A stretch of DNA of 58,222 nucleotides, filler included, from Sphacelaria rigidula (GCA_964200075.2; 8 parts of 8 records of this genome joined end to end with filler, not necessarily neighbours in it); one strand, 5' to 3'; numbered from the whole stretch's first letter, positions 38,657 to 52,219 are shown. Notes: generated by a model not told the origin, from the sequence alone. Numbers and translations: made by a program.

Positions 38657-39012
38657 GGTCGCCCCGGTGGCTCAGTTGGTAACCTCGAAACCTTCTGACG
38701 GTTGTGTTGTGGGTCCAAATCTGGAAGCGATCTGGGATTTTTTCTCACACCATGCCCAACAGTGGAGAGCGACCATGTCGTGGGTACACAGAAGTCGACG
38801 TGACGGTCGATGAGGGAAAGGGACTGGTGAACCCCTCTCGCGATAAAACAGAGAGGCAAGCACCGCAAAAGGAAGGTGAGGTACTGAGAACAAAAAGAAA
38901 GGAGAGGATCCTGTGTTGATCTTCCTCCGTTGTGACCCCGGCTGGTGCGCCCACATGTACCGAAAGGTGTAGACCGGCGTCCAGAAGAATGGGAGAACGA
39001 CAACACACACAC
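38657..39012 (+). mobile_element. tRNA-derived SINE, second full-length copy
   Basis: ggtcgccccggtggctcagttggtaacctcgaaacc...gggtccaaatc...; collinear with 30790-31141 through the 3' hairpin and (CA)n tail. Confidence 0.85.
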
Positions 39013-40667
39013 TCAACGAATAACGTTTTTTTGAGATTGAGATTAGAGCGCTGATTGAGAGTGGCTTGAACCATTCGCTTTAACCTAGCCAATTTTTCAT
39101 TCCGTGTGTACTCTTCTTTGCCTCCATCACTGGCGTGTGCTTACAGCAACACGTAGATATCCTACTCAGGGATATCAAGGGCCTCAGTGTCAAGCAGCTA
39201 CCGAAAACATATTGGGCATCGTGGAGGGGCATTCCGGATCTGAAACGATCCATTCACTAATTGACCGCTTCTGACTCTCAATCATGTCCTCTACTCTCAA
39301 TCTCTTGAAAACATTGTTAACGGTACCCCGTAACTCGTCAGTGTACAGCACTTACAAATTTGAATACATGCGGGTGCGTGATGTCATCAAGTGCACGAGG
39401 GGGGGGGGGGGGGGGGGGGGGATGGGGTTTTGGGGTTCAAGTTTAGGTTGGTAAATTGTGTCGGAATTGAATCTATACCCAAACCTTTCCAGGGTACATG
39501 CTCGTACCTGCATCGGGTATATCTACAAGAGTATACATGAAACCCGGGTAGGGGTGTGGGAGGTCTACAGATATTACATAATGGTCGAGTGCCGTCATGA
39601 AAGTCTTACAGAAAGTACAGAACTTGTCGGGTAGGGTATGGAGGTCGCACAGAATACCGTACCCGCAACCAGGTATTTATATAAGGATGTACCCGTGCCC
39701 CCGACAAGGGTATGGAAGTCCTTCAGTAAGTTACGGAACTGTCGGGTACCGGTATGAAAGTCTCACGGCAGTCAAACAATTGTCGGGTACGGTGAATACC
39801 TGAGAATATACCCCGGATACACGAAAAAAACGTACCATACAGAAAGAAAAAATCTTGAAAAAAAAAACATTTTTCATATATCGGGAGACCGATGAATAAG
39901 ACAGCCGCACACACACACGTTGTCGGTGCCACGTACCGTTGTCCATGATGGTGAACTCGCTTGTTACAAATATGCGACAGAGTGGCCAAATATACCGGGG
40001 TTAGAATAGCTCATTTCTTCAGTGCAGTAGATCCGCCCAGACATCACCGTCACCTGTTTTTTCAAAAATAAACCAACATTACTGCAGGAACAATCGGTCG
40101 CGCCCCTGCACTGCCAACGTGGGAACGCGTGCGCAGTGCCGGTACACGAGTGACCGTCACCACCATACGCACCGAGTCGCCTTCCGTGACGTCTTTTTTT
40201 CACAGAATGATGAAATGTTGCTCGTTCTTCAGTGAAAAAACACCGAGGCTACCGTATTGATTTCTATGAAACCACGACGAGCATCGATCATAAAATACGT
40301 AGCACAACGAGCAACCGCGCATAAGTCTTGCAGGTCAAGACGACTGACTCTGCTTGGTCCGTGGCCTCAGATCGTAACCGGATGAATGGTACCATCATCA
40401 CTTTTTGCATTAATTTTTAATAAAATAACAAGCATAGAGAGCAAACCACATCGACCGACTCAAGGTCTCCCACAACGATGGGATCACAATGCTCACGACA
40501 AAAAAGACAAACAAAAAACAGCGTGCTAGGATAGCCCCCGTCTCGCTTCTCCGTTAGTGACAGGAAATTGAGACGATGCCAGATACTCCTCCAAGCTGTA
40601 GCGCTACACAAGCTAGCGCTGAGTACTATAATTGTCCCCCCCCCCCCCCCCCCCCCCCCCAACCGTT

Positions 40668-40743
40668 CGTCTCCGCCTCGAAAGGGATGCGTGGTCAATG
40701 GTCAAATGACTAAGGCAAGCAACAAATGAGTACTTCCCCCCCC
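40668..40743 (+). repeat. Copy of the short ATGAGTAC-family repeat
   Basis: cgtctccgcctcgaaagggatgcgtggtcaatggtcaaatgactaaggcaagcaacaaatgagtac + poly-C. The flanking sequence ccccaaccgttcgtc occurs on both sides. Confidence 0.85.
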
Positions 40744-43742
40744 AACCGTTCGTCCTGTTTCAATGTATCAAGGTGGTGGATGATGCTTCGAGTTGATACG
40801 TGTCGTAAAACGTGAAGCCAAGCGTGGCTACGGTCCACGACTCATGGTCCTCACACACACACATATATAGGGCCCTCCGCCGGCCGCATTCACTTCAAGA
40901 TTTGAGTACCGCAGAAGAAAATCACCATCACCATCACACATGCATCATCACTACTTCGTACGCACGAATGGCCCTTGCCGTCCCCACGATCCCATCATCT
41001 TCACGGGAACACGCGGAACTTTCTGAAAAGACCACATGGCGCACCATCCATTCATTCAACATCAATCGGACAGCCTGTTGCTGCTTCCTTCCTTCCCATC
41101 AACTGTTGCCTTTGTATAATGCACGCGCCACAAAAGCACGGAGCGAGAGGTGCACATTCCTCCTTCTGGCGTACTCACAAGCTTCAACAATAAAAGAGCT
41201 GCGCAAAACACTGTAATCAACCCGGATCGAGCACCGCATCAATAGCACCCTCCCTGACCTGAGAAATTTAGTTCCAACCGAAGATCGGAGTGCTCGACTC
41301 TGACTTCGCCCGCGAAACTTTCTCCACGAAATCTCCCGCGACACACTCGCTTAGTCTGTCTGTCTCCCGCCCCCCCCCCCGGCGGGCACTACACGCATCC
41401 CCAACCATGGGCGTGTGTGCGTAGCACAAGGCCGCCAGCACACGGGAGCCATAGACGTGCAATAAAAAGCACAGCCCAAAGACAAGAGATATACAGAGAC
41501 AGCGAGAGAGATAAAGAGACGGACGGCTACTTCCAATTGATTGGCGGAAATTAGTGAGTCCCAGAACAAGCGCGATGTTTGTGGAAACCATGACACATTA
41601 CTGTACGGTATGAATGAAGAAAAAAAAAAAGGAAAACGATCGAAACACGGGGTGTGTAGACGTACGTGCGTTATGCGTACAACTGGCAGATGCGGCATGC
41701 AAACGCAACGCAACTCAACGCTGCACAAACCGCCGTATGGCCATTGCCAATATTGCATGCAGAACGGGCAACGAAACAGCACAAACTTAACCAAAATATA
41801 CATCCAGAAACAAGACAGAGTAGTGATGATGAATCCCCCCCCCCCCCCAACTCCTTCCCCCCGGTCCAAGAAAAAATGGAACGCCAATCGTTCTCAAAAA
41901 TAGGACTAGGCGGCAAGATGAAAGCAGGCATGTCACACACGTTTTTGGCATGCAAACAGGACGGACACACGTCAATAGAAAAAGGCACTTGCCGGTGGCA
42001 CGAACCTCTGGCAGAAAAGGAAAAAGCGGAAGAGAGACGGGGACTTTCATCAGACGCTGACGTCAACAAACTACCAAGCATACAAATCGAACGACTCTAT
42101 TTTAGCTTACAATCCAAATGTCCCGCACGTGTCTCTCTTGAGTTTTTTTGTCGTCCTCCATCGAGAACTCACCGTCCCACACTCTTAGAAAAGCCAACTA
42201 CACGCGAAACCCTAGCAGGAAGCAGTGACAGTAGCAGCAGCAACAACATTGAACGAAACGCTACAGCTGTAGAGCTCGCCTGAGCAGCATCATGACCCTT
42301 TATCTCGTGCATATCCTACGTATGCTATACAGCACTGTATAGTACTATTAATAGTGTTCACATCAGCTTCGAGCTCAACAACAAGGTTACGCACCGAAAA
42401 CGGATGTACAGATAGAACCCTCGTCCTTCCGAACAATACATCATCGCTTGGAAATCTCCAAAGAGAACAAAAGCGCACCCACATTTCTTTTGGTTGCTTT
42501 CCATCTCTCCTTGTTTTTTTCCTTCTTTTCACGGACCTTCTCCTCAAACCATTTTCTCCATTTTTCCACTTCGAAAAGACGTTTCAAAAGAAGGGGGAAA
42601 TATAGAGGAGAAAACAAAACGAAACAAAACAAATATGATTGATTATAAAAACTAGAATTTGGAAAAGAACATAGCAAAAATATGGAAAATAATCAGCAGA
42701 GAAAAACAAATGACAACAAGGGCAACTTTGTTCATTCCTCCCTCGATAACACAAATATAACGCACCAAATCATACGAAATGTACCATCAAGTTGTTGTAG
42801 AGTTTTTCGTGTTGACTTGGCCCAACAACACACAGAGTGGTCGACCAACACTACGAGATATATACATAACCCTCTCCGAGAAGTATACGTAATCTTATAG
42901 CTCGACGTGCATCAGCGTAAAGGTGACGCAGCCACAGCCACAAAAAAACCGAGTCGAAAGACACGCTCCGGCATCCCCCCCACCCCTCCCTCTATCGTAG
43001 CATCACTCTATTCATTTTCCTCGCAACTTCGCGTTCCCCCCATGATGACACCTGCCTGCGTGAGTGCTTGGAATTAGAAAGCAAAAAACTCGGAAACTAT
43101 GATGCCCACTTATTCAGTGCCGATGATTTTGCGCTCTCACTAATGCCTCGAATACTAGCACCTGCCCCCCCCTCCCCCCCCTTTCATTTATGTTATTGAA
43201 TGTTGAGGCGGACAGGAGGATACCGGACTAATGATTTTGTCTTCTCGTTTGTCTTTCTTGTAACCTTAAGCGAACAGAAGGATTTTATCATGTGGTGTTG
43301 GTCAATGGCGCGTGACGGGTGGATGGAGCATAACTGTATACATTACGCAATCTGTACAGTAATAGTACCTTGAGTAAAGCAAGTTTTCTGATCAGTCAAT
43401 CAAGCTACAACGAGCCGGATCCGTTTTTGAGGTTCAATATTTCAATGAGTTTCAACTCGAAAACAGTGCTTCCCCTGACCTAAAGTAATGACCAATGAAT
43501 TTCACATGAACGACCTCATGCCCCCCGACCTCCTTAAAACAATTTTTGGGGGTTGCCCGTCTTCCGTGCCCCCAGAGCGTATGTGCGAAACCATCTTTTC
43601 GCCTCGATATCGGGGCGGAAAAGGGGACGTGTTTAGCCCGAANNNNNNNNNNNNNNNNNNNNNNNNNNNNNNNNNNNNNNNNNNNNTTAATTAATTAANN
43701 NNNNNNNNNNNNNNNNNNNNNNNNNNNNNNNNNNNNNNNNNN

Positions 43743-46700
43743 GTAAGGCCATTGTTTTCGTGACACTTTTAGCTGGTTTTGGGGGGGGGCTATCGTAGAA
43801 AGTGTCACAGACAGCTCCTCCGTCGCCTGGAAGACCATGCCGTCAAGTCATTCCGCGCGCTCGCAGGAAGCCTGCAAAAGGAGGACGAGGAATCACTAAC
43901 TTCGGTAAACAAGCAGGCAATAAAAGAGCACGCTGGGGGCCGCGGAGAGCGACGGACTCAAGAAAACAAGGGCTGGTAACGGGACCGACTACCGAAACTC
44001 AAACAAGACAACTCTGGACCCCGGCTACGGTCTTCTCCCGCACATAGCAGTGAAAGCTGCAACAATCGACTTCGACGCCACGGTCTGGTGCGAGTGGACT
44101 CAACAAATGGATAACCCTCCAAAGGGTAATGACACCACGTTCGGACGGCGGGCCCGCACACTCGCCACCGAGGCATGTGTGATGATAGTGGACCGATTTA
44201 TTGCGGAGATGACTGCAGGTGATACTGCAAAATCTTCCGCTTCGTTTGATACGTTACCGAGATATTTTCCTCTATAGACCGCGACGGCTTACTATTCAAA
44301 ACTCTCCAAACGGACATCAACGTCCTGTCCTTCGATGAGCGGCCGTTCTTCGACGACCATAGACAGGAAGCTGTGCGGGCGGTAATGTCGAAGGCTGGGA
44401 GATCACCACCATCAGCACCAACACTTGACGATTGCCTCACAACGGAGGGCGCCGATACCAAGCTGGCCCAGGAAAAAGAGCGGGGACAAGAAACCGAGAG
44501 CACGTGGCAGCCAGGTGCGTATATAGCCGTACAATGAGTTTGCCTACCCGTTACTTCCATCACGCCCACCTCGTCCTTTTGCCAGAAATGAGGGTGTTAA
44601 ATACTGAAGCAATCGACCCGGGTTAGTGTATTGGTGGTGTTCCCCCTTCCCTCCCCCCCCCCTGCTCATTTTCATTTAATTTAATGTCGTATTCTGGGGC
44701 TTGATCTAGCCTCATTTCCTCGGTCGTGTGGTTTGTTTTTTTCTCGTTTTTTTCTACTGCCTGGTCATTAATCGCGCGTACATGTGTACTGCATGATAAG
44801 CCGATTCGAATTGCGATGACGGTAGCGTGATGTCTCATATTATCAGGGACATTTGCTCCTGAACGAGATAATGGGCTCGCCCGAAATATTCCTCTGATAT
44901 ATTTAGGAGTGACGCCCGTACCTCGGCGCGCCACTCCAGAACAAAATAGAGTTCCACACTTGAGGAGACCCTTTCTCACGATAGCTCCCCAAAAAACAAC
45001 CAGCCCAAAAGTGTCGCGAGAACAATGACCTCACAGCGCCTGATGTTTGGGTTCAGGGTGCATGAAGCGCATCATAGCAGAGCCTTGGCGAGAACAGTCA
45101 AGCGTAGGAATTTCCAGCTGCCCGTCGTGCCTGGCTTTTATCATCTCGATTCATGTGAAGATTTTGCCTCCCCAAACCATGGGTTTGTTTCGGAGGGAGG
45201 GGCTAGCGTGGAAAGTGTCAGGAGCAACATATTGCATGCGTAATACGTACAAGCTCGAATCTTACTCTACCCGTATCTCGGTAAGGCTCATCGTCCCTGC
45301 CGATTTGGATGTTATGCATCGATATATGTGATGTATGGTTACTACTCTGTCACAGAAGACTTATGTATACACTACGCGTACATAGAACATTCTTCCTTCA
45401 ATCCCTCCCGTCGCTTCCACTTACTGCTACATACAGATGGTCCTTCGAGGGAGGCGAACGTGCACATAAAACGAGGAGGGTCGACCACGGCGTCCACCGC
45501 GCGCAATGCCGTTCGCGCATACTTGCCCCTCGATGTGCTCAACTCCCTTGGGTGCTGGGGGCGGACGGGAAGGTTACACACGACACCACCACGACAGCCG
45601 TGCTGTAAACATTTACCGCAGACGGCGACGTCGGAATAAACTCCGATGACGACACCGGAGGGGTGATAATGCTGACGAACACTTCCATGGACAGAGAAGC
45701 GACCCGCAGCGACGATGAGCACCACACAAACTTGGTCGGAGGAGTCGACAACGATGCGCCAGTTCCTACAGAGTCGATCTCGCACAGGTGCATTAGCATA
45801 ACGCTATACAATTCGTTTGAGAAATAGTAAAACAACAGGTATTTGTCAATTGAGGTGACGTTCTACGTATCTCCTCATGTGAGGAAGCTGATCCTGCTAC
45901 TGTACTCTCTAAGCCGATGAGTGAAAATAAACTACTAGCGTGTCCCTCACACTCTCGAGTGCGGGATTGTGTGATAGCTCGTGTACTATCTCTACACCGC
46001 TCCATATCAGGTGTTTATCACTCCGGGAAGCAGAGATTATCAATCTCACCTCGGGCCTGTTCTCCGCGCGTTTGATACCTACCCTAAGCGTAGCCATCCT
46101 CTGTTGTCCATTATATGGCTATTTAATGCTTCGTGGCTCCCCACGCGAGATGTGCTCCGTGATCATGAAGTTTCCTACGGGAACATGAATTCCGTGTACA
46201 TCTCCACCTCTGGTAGGTGATGCTCGAGACTCGTATGCTCCCTAACACGACTCGAAATACGGAGTCGAACGAAAAGGAAAACACGCTGGTGTATCGTTCG
46301 CATCACTGATCATGTCGCTTTCCAACATGCTATTGTGTTTCTTACTTCAGCAATGACCAACCGCAAGGCACGCCGAAGCGGAAGAGTACAGGCAGCACGT
46401 GTCCCACGGACGGGCAGCCGGTAAACTCCAAGCGCCGCCAAACATTGTCGGACACTGCCAATGTAGCAAGGTGAATAAGACTATATCCGAGCACGTCGGC
46501 TATACCGCTACACCCCGTCGCTATTGCAGTTGGCGGTATCGAAGATACACCAATCTTTGAACACTTTGACATTTGACAAGCTGACGACCCACACACACCC
46601 TCGATGCGTACAGAACAACGTATATCCCGCTCCAAAATAGGAGAGCGCCAATCTCCATGCATAGTTGTTTGAACACGCTATATCATAATTCCCATGGTGT

Positions 46701-48352
46701 CGCGTGGTTCATTTCAACACCCTACAGGGCGAGCCAGGAGCAGCACTACGAGATTGGTGATGTAAACTTCCAGCGGATTCCGACAAGACCAGCTACTCCC
46801 GGAACAAACGACGAGGCACCCGCTGCGCCTGCGGAGCTGTACGAACAAGACGAAGGCTCGCAGCCAGCAATGTACGTTTTCGGGGGTTCGCATACCGCTC
46901 CCAACCTTTGGCGGTTTCATAATTCTGCGCGATAGTGGTGCACAAATATGCGCTGGGGTTCGCTTCGTTACACGGGCGACCACTGGGTGCCTCTAAACTT
47001 CAAATTGGCACCTTTCCGAGACGTCGCACAACGTATTTAACGTCCAAATTTAAGGATACATGCGCCCCAGTGGTCACCCATGTAGGGGCTCTCTCTCTCA
47101 TTTACAGACGGTTTGTTATGTGATAGCACGTCACGATCAGTATTCCAATGGGATAGGGACATCCGGAGAGAACTTCAAAACGACTTCGTCTTCGCCCATG
47201 TTCTTTGGTAGCTCTTCACCTGAGGCGGCCCTGAACGACAAAAATCCGGGCTCAGATGTACCGCCCCTAGCGCATCTCGACGAAATTAATTCTATACATA
47301 CCACGTGATCGGCCGCAACGACCGCGTAATGAAACCCGTGCCCGCGAACGATATTATATGTCATCCGCTTTGTCCATATTGTTGCTGAAGACTCACCAGC
47401 AATCCACATACCCCTCTTTTTGCATGCTTGCCACGATTGCCGGATATACAGATGCCTTATCAGGTCCGCCATTGACGCTTGCAGGAAGCAGATCAAGGAG
47501 GGAAACGTACCTGCAACCGAGGGGTACATCCATACCTACATCAAGAAGGCTGTACGTAGCAGGAATACCTGCCTTAGAAACAAGAATCTAACGCAGAGCG
47601 CCCAGAAAACCTCGCCCTCTCATATTATTCATCGTACGCAAGCCTACGTCTTTGTCCCCGACGTTTTAAGTCGGGTCAAACAGCGAATTAATCTCGCCGA
47701 CCTACAAAACTGCGAGAAGGCAAAGTACATGTACACGACGGGGGACGCATTCGGTTCGCTGACGGATTTCGTGCTCCAGGAGTTGGGGACGACCTTCCCC
47801 CTCCAGATAGAAAAGTTCAAGAGTGTGTGGGGGGAGAAGTGATGTATATTATGTTCGCCGTCGAAGGCCGAACGTAAGATGGAAATGCCGGTTTTTATCG
47901 CGCCGGGTGCTTTTTTGTTGATGAACCCCGACGGAAAATAGTTGGTTTGTGAAGTGTGCGTCATATGGGGCGAACGACATCTTGTACCGAACGTCCGTGA
48001 TGGCGTCAGATACGTGGCCTCAGGCACGGGGAGGGTTAATTTGGTTCGTGAAAGGGGTTTGACAGTGCAATAGATGTGTTACGTGCGCGTTTTGACTATT
48101 CCACACGGAGCGAATGAGACTCAGGCACAGAGTAGCAGCAGCACGAGCCCTGGAAAGGCCTACGTGAGCTTGGCGAGACTCCGTACCCCCTTCCCCCCAG
48201 GGAGAGTCAGATTGCTTGGGGGCTTGACTATCGCACTTGTAGTGAATGAGGAAACATCTCCAGAGTTGATTGTACTTACATCGACACGAGGCTCGAACCA
48301 CTACGTTCGAACGCGTGTGTGCCTGGTAGTTTGGTCGGCAACGAGTGAGTGA
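43743..48352 (+). pseudogene. Long spliced pseudogene of unknown family; exon-like blocks <43743-44514, 45437-45787, 46351-46470, 46728-46871, 47141-~48352
   Basis: Canonical splice sites with compatible phases for the first four blocks (WQP G|AT, SH AG|C, VA AG|G). The last block is a long frame with scattered stops and Cys pairs (CPYC, HACHDC, CILC, CEVC). Frameshifts are present. Confidence 0.5.
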
Positions 48353-49599
48353 TGCCGTGCCATAGCCCCCAACCAACTCAGCCAAGGAGCGTGCTGATTT
48401 GGGAAGAGCTATCTTGACACCAATCAATCCTGCTATTGTCCGTACCGCCTAGTGCTCAATTCTCAATCCACTATCCTTCACCAGAAATATTTTCGCCACC
48501 CCTACCGTAGCATGGCTCCATTTTTCTCGGCGAGTGGCGATATTCCACAAAAGGCTCTTTCTCTAGTTTTTCTTGGTCGTTTTACGGCCTCAAGACATAG
48601 TTTGGTGGAGCTTGACACTGGTTGACTTGCTCTACATGTTAAAGCGGTTCAAGGACATTTTCGCGGTTTCCGGTGGTGGCAGTTTTCATGTTTGCCAATT
48701 AAGCATTTTTGTCCAGAAGCGTTCAAGTCCAACTAAAAATGGCACTTTTTCCTAGATTTGGGCACAACGCCCATACATAGGGTTAGATTGTTGTAGTGAA
48801 ATGTGAATTTCAACCAATCAGTGCCCTTCAGTGAGGAATCGGCGGAATCTAGCGCCAATGAAAATGCGACCTTCGCAGTGAATTATGTAGTGAAAAATGC
48901 TTGTGATTGGCTCGCGGGCTCAAGTCACACCTGCAGTGTACGCCCGGACGGATGGAACAGCAGCAGCGACACGAAGCTGCAAGCAGACAAGCAGACAGCA
49001 AGCGGTACATTGCCGCCACAGTGGGTCATTGCGATGCTCGTGTATCGGTATACCCCCATCTTGCTGTGGCTGGTGGTCGTGTCTTCCCGTGACCGCGAGC
49101 GCTGGAGCCGATGCCAGCGACAGCAGCCGCCATGCTGACGGGTACAAGCAGTACCCTGGCGGGTGCAGTATATCCGCACTGTGCTGTGCATTGCTCCTTT
49201 AATCGGAGCACGGGGTCTGGCCCAGCCGGTCGAGCGGTGTATACCGGCGCTGGTTGTTCGTCTTGACCCAGCTATGTCCGGTATCGCACAAATGATGGAT
49301 CCGAGTAACACGATGTGTCCAATAGTCAAGTGTGTATACCGCACTGCGTCCAGACTGATACTTTATTTTAGAGAGGAACAAACGCAACAATACAGCACCT
49401 CATGCAATCTCGGCGGAGACAAAGCCGTCTCCGCAAGGTGTAAACACACCACAGAACAGTGCAAGGGTCGGGCGAATTGATGATTCGTCTGAGAATTATT
49501 TGATTTTAGTGCGATTGATTCCTACCCTACGAATCAATCCTCAGGCTTTGTTACCAGCGTTGCAACGCAGGTACACGCAGCCCAGGCACGTGTAAGACC

Positions 49600-50052
49600 C
49601 ACTTTTCTGGCAACGAATCTTGATTTGTACAAATATGAGGATTTCAGCCCGTCTGCAGGCGATTTTCGCCCGTGGACTGATTTTTCTGATCTCAGTCCAT
49701 TGGGCAATGTTTTTCGTCTAGCTGTGAGCAAACCAGATCAACTCTGCGATTTTTTGGGCGTTAACTTTCCATACACCACATTTCTGCTGAAATCGGGACA
49801 CTCCAGCACCTCTGTCGACTTTTATGAAGAAATCGGGGAAGATGTGGGAGAGTCCCGATTTGGGCAAAAAGGTGATGAACCGAACATCAGAGTCCAGAGA
49901 ATCGGAGAATTCATCTTGTTTGCTCACGGCTAGGCGAAAAACATTGCCCAACGGACTGGGGTCCGAAAAATCAATCCACGGAAGAAAAATCGCCTGTAGA
50001 CGGACTGAAATCCTCATATTTGTACAAATCAAGATTCGTTGCCATAAAAGTA
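49600..50052. repeat. Long inverted repeat (foldback), arms ~49600-49760 and ~49890-50052
   Basis: tggcaacgaatcttgatttgtacaaatatgaggatttcag...gggcaatgtttttcg..tagc.gtgagcaaac pairs with gtttgctcac.gcta..cgaaaaacattgccc...ctgaaatcctcatatttgtacaaatcaagattcgttgcca. Confidence 0.92.
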
Positions 50053-51740
50053 GATTTAATGGCGCAAAAATTGCGTCGAAATGTTCTTGACCAGCGGTCA
50101 ACTTTTGCTTTCTCTTTCTCGAGAAACCGGGCCTGAAAAACCGTGGATTTGGATATTCGAACCGGTGATGATTCGTCCGAACCGAGCAACAGAGATAGCT
50201 ACAAGTTCGTTCAGATTGAATACCCAAAATTTATTCCACGGCTAATGACGAACGCAATACTCAGCCAATATGCACAAATGTGGTATCATACTGACCTCAA
50301 TTAACAGACGAAGAGGGTAACATAGCCGGATTTTTGTTCAAGGCTATAGCGGTGGCGCTATGGACAAAAATATGTTTGGACTCATCAGCGTCTTTCAAAA
50401 TGTTGCGAAATTGAAAACACGAATTCCGAGCCCAATTTCCACCAAATCTTCACATGGTTCAAATCGTAGTAACCGTCATCAGCTTGGGGATCCAACGGGA
50501 GAAACATATTTGAAAACGGTTCCAACGGGGTCAAATTTTGCCAAAAACCGTACTGTTTCGGTGATATGGAGCTTTGGCATCGTCTAATTCCCACTAATGA
50601 TACGTACGAAAGACCCACGGAGCCTCGAGATGATTGCCCATTTATTTGGAGAAAAGCTGAGATCATCCTCAAGCTTGGCAGTTCCGTAGGTATTGATGCT
50701 CCAAATGGAAAATTTGTATTCTTGGCAAGATTTCACAGTTTTTCCTTTCTGTACCGGCTTCCGGGAGTCCCAGCATAAAGACCCCAGGAAATCGGTACAG
50801 AACGCCCCAACATGAAAATTTTGATATCTGAGGGTTAGATGGTATCCCAAAGAACATGTGTACCAATTTTCCACAGGCACCGTAGGCAAGGTACCGTACC
50901 GAGCGTACCCCCGGTATTTACCGGGGTATCCCNNNNNNNNNNNNNNNNNNNNNNNNNNNNNNNNNNNNNNNNNNNNTTAATTAATTAANNNNNNNNNNNN
51001 NNNNNNNNNNNNNNNNNNNNNNNNNNNNNNNNTTGCGGTCGGCGGTTGATGGCGTGGGCCTCAAATGCAACAAGTGGTTGATAATACAGCACTCTTGTTC
51101 CTCGTGGAACATATCTCGCCCCAGCGTGTAATGAATGACCCGCTCACATGGGAATTCTCAAAAGCTACCGCAACACACACGCAGGGGGTGGGTACTGCAG
51201 ATTGCAGCATGGACGCACACCCATGCGCCACGCCAGCAACAGTTAGGTCACCACCATAGATATCTTTTTCGCTCCGCATCACAAGAAGATCTCCACAAGT
51301 GTATGATCTTTCATACATCCCCCCCTAACTGGGGTTTGGCACGCTCTTGTCGTCGCGCACGCAGAGGTACATATGTCGGGTAAAGTCAACGACGAACAAC
51401 CCCCCCCAAGTCGCGGCTGGATCCGTTATTGCCACAGCACCGTCCTTGCTGGCATGTGTATGATGCTGGAACATACTCACCCTCAGTGAGCATGAGTAGA
51501 GTTTGAGTCGAAGATGTTTTGAGTAAGATGTGCCAGAGAGATTTTAGCTTTGAGTAACAGGGCAGAGCAAGGCTGATACACTGATTAAGTTACACAGACG
51601 GTGAAGAGAGAAAACGTTTCCAGAGGACATGGATCGGCGATCGACGACAGAAAAAGCATAATATAGCAAAGCACCAAGAGACTACAATAAATCCAGCAGG
51701 AGAAGGCATAACAGATCAATCAAAAAGAGTAACCGAAAAG

Positions 51741-52175
51741 ATGGAAAAGATTAAGCAAGCGTTCAACAGCGCACCAGTGATGCCTACAATAACAACAGCA
51801 TCAGCCTTACCCCCAGTATCCGACTTCCGAACCACTCCGCACAACTTTCCCCAAACTCACCGTGTTCGCAGCAATAAAAGCATACCCTCTTGGGATGAAA
51901 AGGCTGCAACATCCACCAGCATGAGGGACAGGTTTGATGTGTTTTACATCCAGATGTGTGCGTGCTTCAAAGACGAAGAGTGCTATGGCCCGTTGGGAAA
52001 ACCAACAACTCCATCAGAGTACATCGTGAAAACGGTGAAAACTTAGGCACGCATTTCGGTAACGTAGCTGTCGATAAAGCAAAACGGGCCATGGCGATCA
52101 TCCTCGATACGATTACGTACCTCCCATTGGTTAGGCAGATCGACACGCTTGGGAGCCCCAGCCAAGCATAGGATT
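51741..52175 (+). pseudogene. Ty1/Copia-like gag relic
   Basis: SIPSWDEK...RFDVFYIQMCA, then after a frameshift AKRAMAIILDTITYLPLVRQIDTLGSPSQA*, resembling the Copia gag A...I..I....L...I....SP..AW pattern with W mutated to a stop. Confidence 0.5.
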
Positions 52176-52219
52176 ATGTGGTATCACACGTGGGCAGATA
52201 GCACCCTGTGGGGCACGTT

